Notes: generated from the sequence alone by a model not told the origin. DNA of 64,000 bases from Trichormus sp. ATA11-4-KO1 (GCA_019358915.1 JAHHIM010000019.1:1-64000); one strand, 5' to 3'; shown: positions 19,896-30,934, counted from the stretch's first letter. A program made the numbers and translations.

Positions 19896-21236
19896 TTAAA
19901 CAAGAACAAGTTCAGCAATACAAGCCTTAATTAATTCCTCAACGCCAGCAACTGGAAGGATTTTGGTATTTAGTTTGTCGGCTACTTCTGCAATACTCAT
20001 GTCATCTAAAAATAGTAATTCACCATGTTTTAACATAACTTTTGGCAGCAAAATTCCCTCGCCTAAATCTTGTCCTTGAAGATTTAAAAGTAAATCATGA
20101 CCAGTAAGTAATCCCGTGACACTAATATTTTGTCCCCAGTAATCACTACATAAAGCCTGCATATTTACTTCTAAACCCTCAACAGTATTCAAGCGTTTGA
20201 GAATGGGTTGAAATGCCTTTTCTACTGCATTACCAACTACCCAAGTTAATTTTTTTTGATGATATAGCTTTGGCGGTAATAATTCTGCGGCAGTAGATGC
20301 AAATTGCTTGATAAATAAACGAATGGAACCCACCCCGTTATCAATTTGCGGATATTCTTCATATTCCGCTTCACTGGGCAATTCTTCACCTGCAATCAAA
20401 AACCATTCATCGGCTAACCAAGCAAAGCCGGAACCGAATTTTTGGCGAAATTGTTGGGAGAGTTGTTTTACTTGGGAAATTACTTCTTGAGCTTTTTCCC
20501 TGGTTACGGGTATGAGTTCGTCTTTTTCTGGGCGAAATCGCGTCAAGCCCACCGGCACTACTGCCACTGATGCGATCGCAGGCACTTCGCCAGTATAAAA
20601 TGACGCTAAATCTCTTAAGGTTTGTTCCAGGTGCTTGCCATCATTTATACCAGGACACACAACGACTTGAGCATGAATTTGTAGTCGTCGCTCTTGGAAC
20701 CATTTAATTTGTTGTAAGATTTCTCCCGCACGCTGATTTTTCAGCAGTCTAATTCTGATTTCTGGTTCTGTAGCATGAACAGAAACGAATAAGGGAGACA
20801 AACGCATCTGTTCAATACGCTGCCATTCTCTCTCTGGCAAGTTGGTCAGGGTTAAGTAGGAACCATACAAAAAGCTGAGACGGTAATCATCGTCTTTTAA
20901 GTACAAACTGGAACGCTTACCAGGTGGCTGTTGGTCGATAAAGCAAAACGGACAGCGATTATTGCACTGAATTAACCCATCAAATAGAGCAGTTGCAAAT
21001 TCCAGCCCCAGGTCTTCGTCATAGTCTTTTTCAATTTCAACGTGATGAGTTTTTCCAGTTGCGTCTAAAACTTCTAGTTCGAGAACTTCATCAGCACATA
21101 AAAATTGATAATCAATTAAATCACGGGGATGTGTGCCATTAATAGCAACGATCGCATCCCCTGGCTCAAAGCCAATTTCTGCGGCTATAGAATTGGGGAT
21201 AACTTTGGTGATTTGGGCAGGACGGATGGTAGACAT
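19896..21236 (-). CDS. PDZ-containing radical SAM protein (TIGR03279/DUF512 type)
   Basis: N-terminal PDZ-like segment, CNNRCPFC, KDDDYRLSFL, VTGLLTG. Confidence 0.9.
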   Translation of the reverse strand: MSTIRPAQITKVIPNSIAAEIGFEPGDAIVAINGTHPRDLIDYQFLCADEVLELEVLDATGKTHHVEIEKDYDEDLGLEFATALFDGLIQCNNRCPFCFIDQQPPGKRSSLYLKDDDYRLSFLYGSYLTLTNLPEREWQRIEQMRLSPLFVSVHATEPEIRIRLLKNQRAGEILQQIKWFQERRLQIHAQVVVCPGINDGKHLEQTLRDLASFYTGEVPAIASVAVVPVGLTRFRPEKDELIPVTREKAQEVISQVKQLSQQFRQKFGSGFAWLADEWFLIAGEELPSEAEYEEYPQIDNGVGSIRLFIKQFASTAAELLPPKLYHQKKLTWVVGNAVEKAFQPILKRLNTVEGLEVNMQALCSDYWGQNISVTGLLTGHDLLLNLQGQDLGEGILLPKVMLKHGELLFLDDMSIAEVADKLNTKILPVAGVEELIKACIAELVLV

Positions 21237-21307
21237 GAGTGTGGGGAGTGGGGACGAGGGGACGAGGGGACAAGGGGACGTATGCCAATGCCCAATGCCC
21301 AGTTCTA

Positions 21308-22273
21308 TTAACTATTTTTTAACAATCCTGCACCGATCGCACTCAAGATTGCTGCACCAAATGCTAGGCGATACCAAATGAATACTAAAGTGCTTCGGGT
21401 TTTGAGGAATTGTATTAATCCGGCGATCGCTATATATGAAAATACCCCAGATGAAATTACTCCGACAACCATCGGAACTATACCTATATTCCCTACGCCT
21501 ACTGCTAAAAAATCTTTTAACTCGACTAATCCCGCTAAAGTAATGGCGGGGATTCCTAGCAAAAAGGAAAATCTCGCTGCTGTTTCCCGTTCTAAATTCA
21601 TAAATAGCCCCCCTGTGATGGTAGAACCGGAACGAGATACGCCGGGAATTAATGCCAAAGCCTGAGCTAAACCCATCCATAAACCATCTTGCAGAGTCAA
21701 ATGCTCGAAGTCTCGTTGACGTTTGCCGAGTTTTTCTGCCAATCCCAATAACAACGACATCACTATAGAAGCAATGGCGATCGCGGCGAGGCTTCTCAGG
21801 GGGGAATTATCATAATCTGGGATAAATCTTTTAATTAAAAGTCCAAAGACTACTATGGGCAATGTTCCTAGGATAATTCCCAAAAATAGGCGCAAATCTT
21901 GGCTTTCATCATCTTTTTGAGCGATCGCTTTTGTTGCTCCTTTGATAATTTGTGTCATATCACCCCAGAAGTACCACAGCACGGCGACAATACTACCCAG
22001 CTGAATAATCGCGGTAAAAGCTACCCCCGGATCACCCCAACCCAGAGCCACAGGCACAACTTTTAAATGTGCAGAACTGCTAATGGGTAGAAATTCCGTC
22101 ATTCCCTGCACAAAGCCTAAAACAAGAGCTTGCCAGATATTCATTTGTTCCCGTACCTCATCTAACCCTGGGTTAGCTTGGGTACTCAAAACTTTGAGCG
22201 GAAATACTGCAACTGAGAGCATGGCAGATACTGCACTTATAAGCATGAACCATTGACGTTTTAATAAAGCCAT
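21308..22273 (-). CDS. uppP: Undecaprenyl-diphosphate phosphatase
   Basis: QGMTEFLPISSSAH, PGVSRSGST, ARFSFLL. Confidence 0.96.
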   Translation of the reverse strand: MALLKRQWFMLISAVSAMLSVAVFPLKVLSTQANPGLDEVREQMNIWQALVLGFVQGMTEFLPISSSAHLKVVPVALGWGDPGVAFTAIIQLGSIVAVLWYFWGDMTQIIKGATKAIAQKDDESQDLRLFLGIILGTLPIVVFGLLIKRFIPDYDNSPLRSLAAIAIASIVMSLLLGLAEKLGKRQRDFEHLTLQDGLWMGLAQALALIPGVSRSGSTITGGLFMNLERETAARFSFLLGIPAITLAGLVELKDFLAVGVGNIGIVPMVVGVISSGVFSYIAIAGLIQFLKTRSTLVFIWYRLAFGAAILSAIGAGLLKNS

Positions 22274-22536
22274 TTAATTTACCTGCGATCGCTTCTATTA
22301 CAACCAATTACACAAACACCTATCTGGGAAACCTTCCAGGAAAATAGCCCAAGAAAGATTGGGCATGGGGCATTGGTATCCCTCATCTCCTGCTCCCCAT
22401 CCCCTTGTCCTCTCATCCCCATCTACGCAACATAACAATCTAGGCAAAATCTAGGTAAAATAAAAATGCCCAGGGGGGGGATTTTTAAGTGTGATATCTT
22501 AAATAAAATAAAGTTTAGTAACAAATATTAAAAACT

Positions 22537-23316
22537 TTGATTAATAATACCTTGTCTTCATACACCACTCCTACTACTCCTATAAGTACTGATTTACACT
22601 CAACTGAAATTGGTCAAAAAAGTATTAGGGAGTTGGAATCTACACTGTCCTTATCTCCCTCTCTACCTATATCTAAGCCTTGGCGACAAACTTGGCTAGT
22701 GTTGGCGGCGGCGGTGTTTTTGGTATCAGTGCCAGTATTTGTAGAAGCGCCACTGGTGCGATCGCTGCCGGTTCTCAGTGTAGCAATGACAGGATTTTGG
22801 GTGTGGCTGAGTTTTACCTTAATGTCACGTCCTGCAACTTATTTATGGGGAGATTTGCTCTTAGGCTTTAGCTGGAGTTGGTTAGCAGGAGCAATTTACT
22901 GGGGCTGGTTGCGTTGGGAACCTTTATGGCATTTACCAATAGAATCGATCGGACTACCATTTGCTTGTTGGTGTCTTGTCAGAAATTGGGGCAAAGTTGG
23001 TAACTGGTTTTATTTAGGTTCTTTACTCGGTACAGCTTTAACCGATGTATATTTCTATCTAGTAGACTTAATGCCCTATTGGCGGCAAATTATGCAAGTC
23101 GAACCTGCTAGTGTGTCACCAATATTACAAAACGCTTTAATCCAAGTCCAAACACCTTGGGGACAAACTTGGGCAGTAGTTTTAGCCTTAGTTCTGTTAA
23201 CAGTCGGGATTTTACCTTTACGTCAAAGGCAGCAACACTGGTATGCCTTTGGTGGAGCAGTTTTAAGTACAATTTTGGTAGATAGCTTATTTTTAATAGC
23301 TGCGAGTGCTGCTTGA
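22537..23316 (+). CDS. DUF3120 family membrane protein
   Basis: FLVSVPVFVEAPLVR and WGWLRWEPLWHLP motifs. Trp-rich TM segments. Confidence 0.8.
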   Translation: MINNTLSSYTTPTTPISTDLHSTEIGQKSIRELESTLSLSPSLPISKPWRQTWLVLAAAVFLVSVPVFVEAPLVRSLPVLSVAMTGFWVWLSFTLMSRPATYLWGDLLLGFSWSWLAGAIYWGWLRWEPLWHLPIESIGLPFACWCLVRNWGKVGNWFYLGSLLGTALTDVYFYLVDLMPYWRQIMQVEPASVSPILQNALIQVQTPWGQTWAVVLALVLLTVGILPLRQRQQHWYAFGGAVLSTILVDSLFLIAASAA

Positions 23317-23326
23317 ATGAACAAAA

Positions 23327-23359
23327 AGATCCCCGACTTCTCAAAGAAGTCGGGGATCT
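23327..23359. repeat. Palindromic REP-like repeat / terminator
   Basis: AGATCCCCGACTTCT-CAA-AGAAGTCGGGGATCT, a 15-bp stem. Confidence 0.85.
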
Positions 23360-23698
23360 GAGCCTATCGCTGTTTGCAACAGAGAAATAACTTTTTGTAA
23401 AAAAAATATCAAACCCAGTAGCAGCAAATATTGGGGGTATTAATACGCTGTATATTAGTTTCTGATGACTGCTGTGTTTTGATGAAGCTATCTGCTATTA
23501 ACCCAAGATGAAGGTCAAGGATGTAGATGCAGTTAGAGCGTCTTTCCTAAGGCTAGGATGAAGCAAGAGGAAATTAGTACTCTATAAGCTCCCAGATTGA
23601 TCGGTGTGCTTTACTTCATAAGTCTGAATTCAGCTTACAGTTGATAGCTTTTGGCTTAAAGCCGTTATTTCAGTTTGATGGAAAGAGGTAAAAAAATC

Positions 23699-24127
23699 GT
23701 GAAAAGATTGGTGCGTTTATTAACAGTGTTTAGTTTATTGCTTGGCTGTTGGGGATGGCTGGGAACAACTCAGATAGCTCAAGCTGCCAATATCAACAGT
23801 GTGACTTCTTGGCAAGTTCCAGTGTTGGCAATTGCGCGGCAGAATCGAGCAGACGCTAAATTAGGGACGGAATTTGGTAAAAAAATTGATTTGAATAATA
23901 CCAACGTGCGAGCTTTTCAACAGTATCCAGGGTTGTATCCCACCCTAGCCAAGAAAATCATCAAGAATGCTCCTTACCAGAAGGTAGAGGATGTATTGGA
24001 TCTTCCAGGATTAAGCGATCGCCAAAAACAACTTCTGCAAGCCAACTTAGATAATTTCGCCGTGACCGAATTTGAAACCGCCTTCAACGCGGGAGACGAT
24101 CGCGTTAACAATGGTATCTACAGATAA
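23699..24127 (+). CDS. psbU: Photosystem II 12 kDa extrinsic protein
   Basis: [26 protein letters not shown]. Signal peptide. GTG start chosen. Confidence 0.96.
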   Translation: MKRLVRLLTVFSLLLGCWGWLGTTQIAQAANINSVTSWQVPVLAIARQNRADAKLGTEFGKKIDLNNTNVRAFQQYPGLYPTLAKKIIKNAPYQKVEDVLDLPGLSDRQKQLLQANLDNFAVTEFETAFNAGDDRVNNGIYR

Positions 24128-24252
24128 ATAACTGGATTTATTTGCAGTTACTGTAGCCAATGCAAAGGGGACAAGGGGAAAAGGAGAGATTACTAATATT
24201 AAGTTCTTCCCCCACTCCCCCACTCCCCCATCCCCCCATCTTCCCTTAGACT

Positions 24253-25932
24253 TTGCCGCAAATAGATATTCCTAGCCAATTTGATGTTTTAGTAGTCGGC
24301 GCTGGTGCCGCCGGACTTTACACTGCTCTTTGTCTACCAGAGTACTTGCGAGTCGCCTTGATTACTAAAGAAACTGTTTCTCTGTCCGCTAGTGATTGGG
24401 CACAAGGTGGCATTGCTGCTGCGGTCGCCCCGGAAGATTCTCCTTCACTGCACATTGAGGATACCTTGCTGGCAGGTGCAGGCTTATGCGATCGCTCAGC
24501 TGTCGAATTCCTCGCCCAAGAAGCGCCTAAGTGTATTCAATCTCTGGTTAATTTGGGAGTAGCTTTTGACCGTCATGGTCAAGCTTTAGCTTTAACTTTG
24601 GAAGCTGCTCATTCTCGCCACCGTGTTCTCCATGCTGCCGATACTACAGGTAGGGAAGTCACCACTACCCTCACTGCTCAAGTATTACGCCGCCAGAACA
24701 TTCAGGTGATCCAGCAAGCTTTGGCTTTGAATTTGTGGCTAGAACCCGAAACTCAAAGATGTCAGGGAATTAGCCTGTTTTATCAAGGTGAAATTAGATG
24801 GATCAGGGCCGGTGCTGTGGTTTTGGCAACCGGTGGCGGTGGTCAAGTGTTTGCCCAAACTACCAACCCAGCAGTGAGTACAGGCGATGGAGTAGCGATC
24901 GCCTATCGAGCAGGGGCGATTCTCCGGGATTTAGAATTTGTCCAATTTCACCCTACTGCCCTAACTAAACCGGGTGCAGATCGCTTTTTAATTAGCGAGG
25001 CTGTACGCGGTGAGGGGGCACACCTTGTTGATCATCAAGGACGACGTTTTGCCTTTGACTACCATCCTGCTGGTGAACTAGCACCTAGAGATGTCGTCAG
25101 TAGAGCTATTTTCAGCCATCTGCAACACACCGCCATTGATCCAGCCACTGCTCATGTCTGGCTGGATATGCGTCCCATACCTCCTGACAAGATCCGTCAC
25201 CGCTTTCCCAACATCATTAAAGTTTGTCAATATTGGGGTATTGATGTTTTCAACGAACCAATTCCAGTTGCTCCTGCTGCCCATTACTGGATGGGTGGGA
25301 TTGTTGCGGATTTGATGAATCGCACAAATATTCCTGGTTTGTATGCAGTAGGAGAAACCGCCAGTACTGGTGTGCATGGGGCAAATCGCTTGGCGAGTAA
25401 CTCCTTGCTGGAATGTATTGTGTTTGGGGCACAGATGGCTAATATTGATCTGGCAGATGTGGCCGCATTATCACAACCACCAACACTGCCAATACGTCAA
25501 TTCAGCGTCGATATCGGTGAATGGCAAACCCAGCAAACACAGCTAGCAGCACTCAGAGAGAAATTACCACGTTTAGTTTGGCAAAGTGCGGGAATTTGTC
25601 GGGAACAGTCAAGTTTAGCAGCCGCGATCGCTACAATTGAATCTTGGCAACAAGATTTTACTGCTTTGCCTTTGAGTCAATTCTTGCTTAGTTTACGTCC
25701 TCACGAACCAGTTAGTTTTGACACACCAGATGTGGAACGCCAATTGCGACTTTGGGCAGAAACCCGTAATTTACTGGATGTAGCTGATTTAATTCTCAAA
25801 AGTGCCGCTTTTAGAACCGAAAGCCGGGGCGGACACTATCGCCTAGACTATCCTGAGCCAGACCCTAATTGGCAAGTACACACCCTTGTGCAAAAATACC
25901 AATGGTGGAAATCTGTAATTTTAAAAAATTAA
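24253..25932 (+). CDS. nadB: L-aspartate oxidase
   Basis: WAQGGIAA, QFHPT, LISEAVRGEG, ELAPRDVV, HGANRLASNSLLE, ESRGGH. Confidence 0.96.
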   Translation: MPQIDIPSQFDVLVVGAGAAGLYTALCLPEYLRVALITKETVSLSASDWAQGGIAAAVAPEDSPSLHIEDTLLAGAGLCDRSAVEFLAQEAPKCIQSLVNLGVAFDRHGQALALTLEAAHSRHRVLHAADTTGREVTTTLTAQVLRRQNIQVIQQALALNLWLEPETQRCQGISLFYQGEIRWIRAGAVVLATGGGGQVFAQTTNPAVSTGDGVAIAYRAGAILRDLEFVQFHPTALTKPGADRFLISEAVRGEGAHLVDHQGRRFAFDYHPAGELAPRDVVSRAIFSHLQHTAIDPATAHVWLDMRPIPPDKIRHRFPNIIKVCQYWGIDVFNEPIPVAPAAHYWMGGIVADLMNRTNIPGLYAVGETASTGVHGANRLASNSLLECIVFGAQMANIDLADVAALSQPPTLPIRQFSVDIGEWQTQQTQLAALREKLPRLVWQSAGICREQSSLAAAIATIESWQQDFTALPLSQFLLSLRPHEPVSFDTPDVERQLRLWAETRNLLDVADLILKSAAFRTESRGGHYRLDYPEPDPNWQVHTLVQKYQWWKSVILKN

Positions 25933-26093
25933 AAATCTTTATAGTGTTTTTAGCTAAGCAGATTATCTGTATTTGGTTTCACCCTGCTTCGCTAACAAAC
26001 TAAAATTCGTTGCCTCTGACAACCAAAACTACATATAAATCCACTGATAACACCAGACAATTAAGTAAAAATACTACCTCAGATGTAAATTTA

Positions 26094-26330
26094 TCAGCGA
26101 GTTCCACTACCATGCTGACTGTCTGGCCCACCATAATTTGGTGGAATATAAATGTCTTCTAAACCATAAGAATTAACTCTAGGTGTGGTTAACTTATTGC
26201 TGCCACTAGAGTTTAATTCATCAACTGTCAAAGCGCTGATGCTTCCTGTCGCATCAGGCATTTTTGGGATGATCAGATAGGCACTGATACAAAATATCAC
26301 AGCGCTCGTAATTCTCAAGTTCGTTCCCAT
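26094..26330 (-). CDS. Small secreted-looking protein (78 aa) ending in GSGTR
   Basis: ATG start, basic residue plus hydrophobic N-terminal stretch, Ser-rich linker, C-terminal YIPPNYGGPDSQHGSGTR. Confidence 0.7.
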   Translation of the reverse strand: MGTNLRITSAVIFCISAYLIIPKMPDATGSISALTVDELNSSGSNKLTTPRVNSYGLEDIYIPPNYGGPDSQHGSGTR

Positions 26331-26559
26331 AAGTCTTGGTGAATTCCATGAATTCTGATTTCATTGCGTGTGTTTTGTTGTCTACAACAGATTTAGTTAT
26401 TTTTCAGAAAAAATTAAGTTTGGATGACATTTTTTCTGTGAATAGATAACTACTGTTCCGAAAAATGGCTAGTAGTAGCTTGCGTCTTAGCCATAGGCTG
26501 TCGCCGTCAAACAAGCTCGACACTTAAGAAATATAACTAAGGAGCAGTCTGTAGCATCA

Positions 26560-26606
26560 GTCTAAGGTTAGAGATAGTCATTGGTCTGAGGTTAGAGATA
26601 CTCATT
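26560..26606. repeat. Two-copy 23-nt tandem direct repeat (period 24)
   Basis: GTCTAAGGTTAGAGATAGTCATT and GTCTGAGGTTAGAGATACTCATT. Confidence 0.85.
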
Positions 26607-27059
26607 AAATTACCACAAGAGAAATATATAAATTGGTAATTTTTAATAAAATCTTAATCTTAAACCGTGTAATTACTCTCGTAAAGAGTTGACAAAATCG
26701 TGGACTTACTATCCATTTACTAAAATATTACATCAGAATCAGCAAATATAAGTAAAATTCAGCCAATTAAACTACCAAAATGGCAAACTTTAGTAAGCAG
26801 GAAATTTATAAAAATTCATATTTTTTATTTAGGTCAAGTAATGTTACTTAAGTATGTTTAATGTGCAGGATAAAGTAACCATTCAAGACGGGTAAAAATT
26901 ACCTAAAATTGGACAAAACTTTAAGCTTTCCACCTTAGTGTCTTAGTGCCTTTGTAGTTCAAAAGTCATTTAGACCCGTAAATGTAAACTGTGAGCATGT
27001 CATGAGTTAATTCACTGACAAAATTGAGAATGACCTTACACCCTTCTTGTTGACTAAAA

Positions 27060-29264
27060 TTAGGCAAATTCATAACGATTTTTACCAAGGTGCTTGGCAC
27101 GGTACATAGCAGCATCTGCTTGTCTAATTAATGTTTCCGTATCTTGACTATTGATTGGGTAGACGCTAATGCCAATACTGGCAGAAACCCTAGTGGTATA
27201 TCCCTCCAAAACAATTGGATCGGTGATACTGGCTAAAATTTTTTCGGCGACCTTGGCTGCCACTTGCACGTTGGGAATTGCCCGTAAAATTACAGTAAAT
27301 TCATCGCCACCCAATCGGGAAACGGTATCGCTACCGCGTAAAGAATTGCTAAGTCGTTGGGCGATGGAGACTAGCAGGCGATCGCCCATCTCGTGCCCCA
27401 AAGTATCATTGATTTGCTTAAAGCCATCTAAGTCAATAAACAGCAATCCCAGTAACAAATTGTTACTTTGTGCCCAAAGTAAAGATTCATGAAGTTGTTC
27501 TGCGAAAAATTTACGATTAGATAAACCTGTCAGAGGATCATGATAAGCCAGATAACGCAAGTGGTCTTCTTTGAGCTTTAATTCATTATTAGAGCGGAAT
27601 AACTCGGCAGCAGTGCGCTTAAGTTGTTCTTCCATCAACTTGCGCTGTGTAATATCCCGGATAACGCCAACCAAAAAGAAATTACCCGCCGCGTCTTTGT
27701 GAAGCGATCGCTTAGTGGAAATTAAATGAGTCTTACCAGTAGCATCGGTAAACTCTTCTTCATTTTCCTTGGGTTTCTGAGTTTGAAAAACCAGCTTATC
27801 TTGTTGGCGAAACACATTTGCTTCATGTTTAGGAAAAAAGTCATAGTCTGACCTTTCAATCAATACAGTATCGGGATAACCAATTAATTGACAATATGCC
27901 TCATTGAGTACAATCCACTGATGTTGTTCATTTTTGACAAAAATCGGGTCAGCGATCGTATTGATCACCTGCTGCAAAAACTCTTTGGAGCGTTTCAACT
28001 CTTCTTGCATATAAGCAATATGAGAAGTAATCCAGATAGCTGAACTACCAAATGCCAGTAATGCCGGAACTATTGGTATCCACCAACCGGACAAGAAAGC
28101 CAGGTATGTACATAAAATTAGTATCAAGCAAGACAGTAAAGTACTAAGGATGCTTTTTGTCGGGTATCGTATTCGCCATGTAGTAACAGCTGCTAGATAA
28201 GACCAGGCAAAAATCCATAAGTGTTCCCATAGCTGAGGCCAGACTTTAAGTAACGGTCGCCCTTCTAGAGCTGCGGAAATTAACTCACTGATAAAATAAG
28301 CTTGCAGTTCTACACCAGCAATCGGCTTTGCCGCATCCATGAGACTACTGGACTGGGGAACAAATACAAAATCTTGGAGACTGGGAGCAGTAGAACCAAT
28401 CAATAAAATGCGATCGCTGAGCAAGTTTTTGGGAACTCGGTTTGCCAGTACATCCCTCATGCTTACCTGCATGAAACCACAGGATTCAATGGATGAATTT
28501 TCACAGCCTGGTTTGGGAAAATTGGACAAAATTTGGTAACCTTTAGCATCAGCTCCTACATAAGCACCATCATTGGAATGAAAACGAGTAAATACAGCCT
28601 TACCCAACTGTAAAGACTTGGCGTTTCTAGCTGCTTTTTGGGGAGTAATTCCTTCTGACTTTAAATACAATAAAGCCAGCTTCAAGGCAAAACTTTCGTG
28701 TACCTGTTGACCAACGTGCCAATACAACAAACTGCGGCGTACCTTGCCATCAGGGTCGTATAGTACGTTGTTAAAACCCACTTGCTCATGATTCAGTTCT
28801 GGTGGCGGTGAAACGCTAGCAATTTTATTATTTGTCAACAGTTCAATGCCAATCAAGTTCGGCATTGACTTATAAGCCTCAACAAGTTTCTCATAACCAG
28901 GCCTAACTGGCAAATTCCGGTAGATATCTAAACCAATAGCACGGGGTTGATGAACTTGTAATTTTTGTAATAAATCGGCAATCACACCATCTGGAATTGG
29001 CCAGGAACCGACCTGGCTTAAAGAAGCTTCATCAATAGCTACAATTGTGATCCGAGCATCAGGCGGTTCATGTGGACGTAAGCGAAAACATTGATCCAAT
29101 GCTGCTAACTCCAAGGATTGCAATAATCCCACAGAGCGCAAAAACAAGATGCAAACTGCAACGCTAGAAGCAGTAATCAACTCTCTATGCCCTCGACCAA
29201 GCGTTTGTTTCAGTCTTCTAATAAACTTCACAAGCCACTTGCATAGCTGCTTACTCATTCCCAT
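27060..29264 (-). CDS. CHASE2-PAS-GGDEF diguanylate cyclase
   Basis: ITIVAIDE...WP...AIGLDIYR and DGKVRR (CHASE2), three TM segments, PAS domain, HDPLTGL, DLDGFK, RLGGDEF. Confidence 0.95.
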   Translation of the reverse strand: MGMSKQLCKWLVKFIRRLKQTLGRGHRELITASSVAVCILFLRSVGLLQSLELAALDQCFRLRPHEPPDARITIVAIDEASLSQVGSWPIPDGVIADLLQKLQVHQPRAIGLDIYRNLPVRPGYEKLVEAYKSMPNLIGIELLTNNKIASVSPPPELNHEQVGFNNVLYDPDGKVRRSLLYWHVGQQVHESFALKLALLYLKSEGITPQKAARNAKSLQLGKAVFTRFHSNDGAYVGADAKGYQILSNFPKPGCENSSIESCGFMQVSMRDVLANRVPKNLLSDRILLIGSTAPSLQDFVFVPQSSSLMDAAKPIAGVELQAYFISELISAALEGRPLLKVWPQLWEHLWIFAWSYLAAVTTWRIRYPTKSILSTLLSCLILILCTYLAFLSGWWIPIVPALLAFGSSAIWITSHIAYMQEELKRSKEFLQQVINTIADPIFVKNEQHQWIVLNEAYCQLIGYPDTVLIERSDYDFFPKHEANVFRQQDKLVFQTQKPKENEEEFTDATGKTHLISTKRSLHKDAAGNFFLVGVIRDITQRKLMEEQLKRTAAELFRSNNELKLKEDHLRYLAYHDPLTGLSNRKFFAEQLHESLLWAQSNNLLLGLLFIDLDGFKQINDTLGHEMGDRLLVSIAQRLSNSLRGSDTVSRLGGDEFTVILRAIPNVQVAAKVAEKILASITDPIVLEGYTTRVSASIGISVYPINSQDTETLIRQADAAMYRAKHLGKNRYEFA

Positions 29265-29751
29265 TACCTAGTGGGGAAAAATAGTTTCTCTTTTCTATAG
29301 CTATCAACTAGCTAGCTAATATGACTCACTTGCAAACTATATTGATTTTTTAAGAATAATTTCAATTTAGTAAAGTTCCTCCAAATAATTCTGGCTAACT
29401 CTGATAGATCACTATTGATGACGATTCATTATCTGACCAAAAGGCAACTAAAATTTTTGTGCTTATTCAAAACAAGTTCAATACAAATATAGCTGTTCTT
29501 GTTTAAATAAAGTATGGAGTTAGTATTAATTGCTACATTGCAGCTAGCTAATAGCTTGTCCATAGCGATTCCATGACTTTTGGTATATTTATTGCCAGTT
29601 CAAGTTAACAAATTTTCTTTTGAGACATTGACATCATTGTCTGTATTGATGCCGTGAATCTTCATTAAAGAGAGGTTTATCGAACTGATGTAATTAAATA
29701 CCAATCATTTTTTTGTGAAATGGTGTAGAAAGGGTAGGAGTGTCAACAACA

Positions 29752-29801
29752 AAAAAGTCAACTGGGAGAGAATTTCTTTGAATTCAACCAGTTGACTTTT
29801 T
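29752..29801. terminator. Hairpin terminator downstream of the VKOR gene
   Basis: AAAAAGTCAACTGG ... CCAGTTGACTTTTT. Confidence 0.75.
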
Positions 29802-29831
29802 GGCAAGATAGCGGAATTACTAAAATGACAA

Positions 29832-30824
29832 TTATCTAAAATACTGGAAGTTCCTAGCACCTGTATAATTAGAAACTTTTGCCAGTTCGTCTAGATTTTG
29901 GACTCCGCTATAAGTTTGACCATTGATAATCCAGGTGGGGAAGCCTTCAATTTTTGCTGCTTTACACAATTCTGGTTGACTTTGTGGGCTATCGACAGCG
30001 CATTCCACCATAACCTCATTTTCTTTGATGATCTGGTAAGCTTCTTTACCAAAGAGTAATTTTTGTTCGTGGCAGTGAGGACACCAATAAGCAACATATT
30101 CCTTAGCACCTATCTTGACAAGATGGCGTGCTAGTTCAATTTCTGCCTCACCGGAGGTAGTGGTAATTTCCCAACCAAAGGCTGGATTAGGATTTACCTG
30201 AGGAGTAAAGGTAATTCTTTGAGGTTGTCCAGGAGTTGAATCACCAGGTGTTACACCTGATTGATTCACGCCGGCGTAGACACCTAAGGTGCCAATTAGC
30301 GTTACCATCCCTACAATCAAAGCGGTAAAGAAAATTTGCCCTATATCCTCCCAAAGGCGACCGACAATCGTCAGCACCAACAGACTTAAGGAGAACAAAG
30401 CCGAAGCGATACAGTAAGGACATAAGACTTGGATTTGGAATGCCAGCAAGTACATTAAATAGCCACTGAAGACCGACATAGCGATCGCCCCTACTAACAG
30501 CAGCCACCAAGTCGAATTTTCCAGTTGTTTGAGGCTATTTTTATCTTCTGGTTTCCAGACCAAGGGAGTCACAGCCAAGACCACCATACTGGCATAAGCC
30601 AAAAAACCAAATAAGGTTAATGGCTGACCCAAAACTGTGGCCCAAGGACTGGAAAGTACATCGTTACAGCCTTTAGCACCAACTTCGGCTACACAAGCGG
30701 CAGTCCCTCCTGTAAATTTTTCTACAGTCAGATAACCAGTTATCAAGGCACCAAGTCCAGCGATCGCGGCAATCAATGGACGCGACCATTTATGAATCCA
30801 AGGAGTAGAACGGCGGCGAATCAT
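29832..30824 (-). CDS. Vitamin K epoxide reductase family protein fused to a thioredoxin-like domain
   Basis: CNDVLSSPWA, CPYC, WCPHC, FPTWIING. Confidence 0.93.
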   Translation of the reverse strand: MIRRRSTPWIHKWSRPLIAAIAGLGALITGYLTVEKFTGGTAACVAEVGAKGCNDVLSSPWATVLGQPLTLFGFLAYASMVVLAVTPLVWKPEDKNSLKQLENSTWWLLLVGAIAMSVFSGYLMYLLAFQIQVLCPYCIASALFSLSLLVLTIVGRLWEDIGQIFFTALIVGMVTLIGTLGVYAGVNQSGVTPGDSTPGQPQRITFTPQVNPNPAFGWEITTTSGEAEIELARHLVKIGAKEYVAYWCPHCHEQKLLFGKEAYQIIKENEVMVECAVDSPQSQPELCKAAKIEGFPTWIINGQTYSGVQNLDELAKVSNYTGARNFQYFR

Positions 30825-30843
30825 AAACTGCTATTAGTCTAAA

Positions 30844-30875
30844 GGGAATGGGGAATGGGGAATGGGGAATGGGGA
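30844..30875. repeat. STRR heptamer tandem repeat (GGGAATG)n
   Basis: Four consecutive units visible. Confidence 0.9.
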
Positions 30876-30934
30876 AAAAAGAATTTCGGATTTTCCCAGT
30901 AACTAATCAAGCGCTGTTCCCTGTTTTCTGTCCC

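Noticed and set aside
26094..26330. Calling the small peptide patX or patS
   Set aside because: It lacks the RGSGR pentapeptide (it has HGSGTR), so no gene symbol was assigned.
26560..26606. Possible mini CRISPR array
   Set aside because: Only two units with no spacer between them, and no cas genes in the window.
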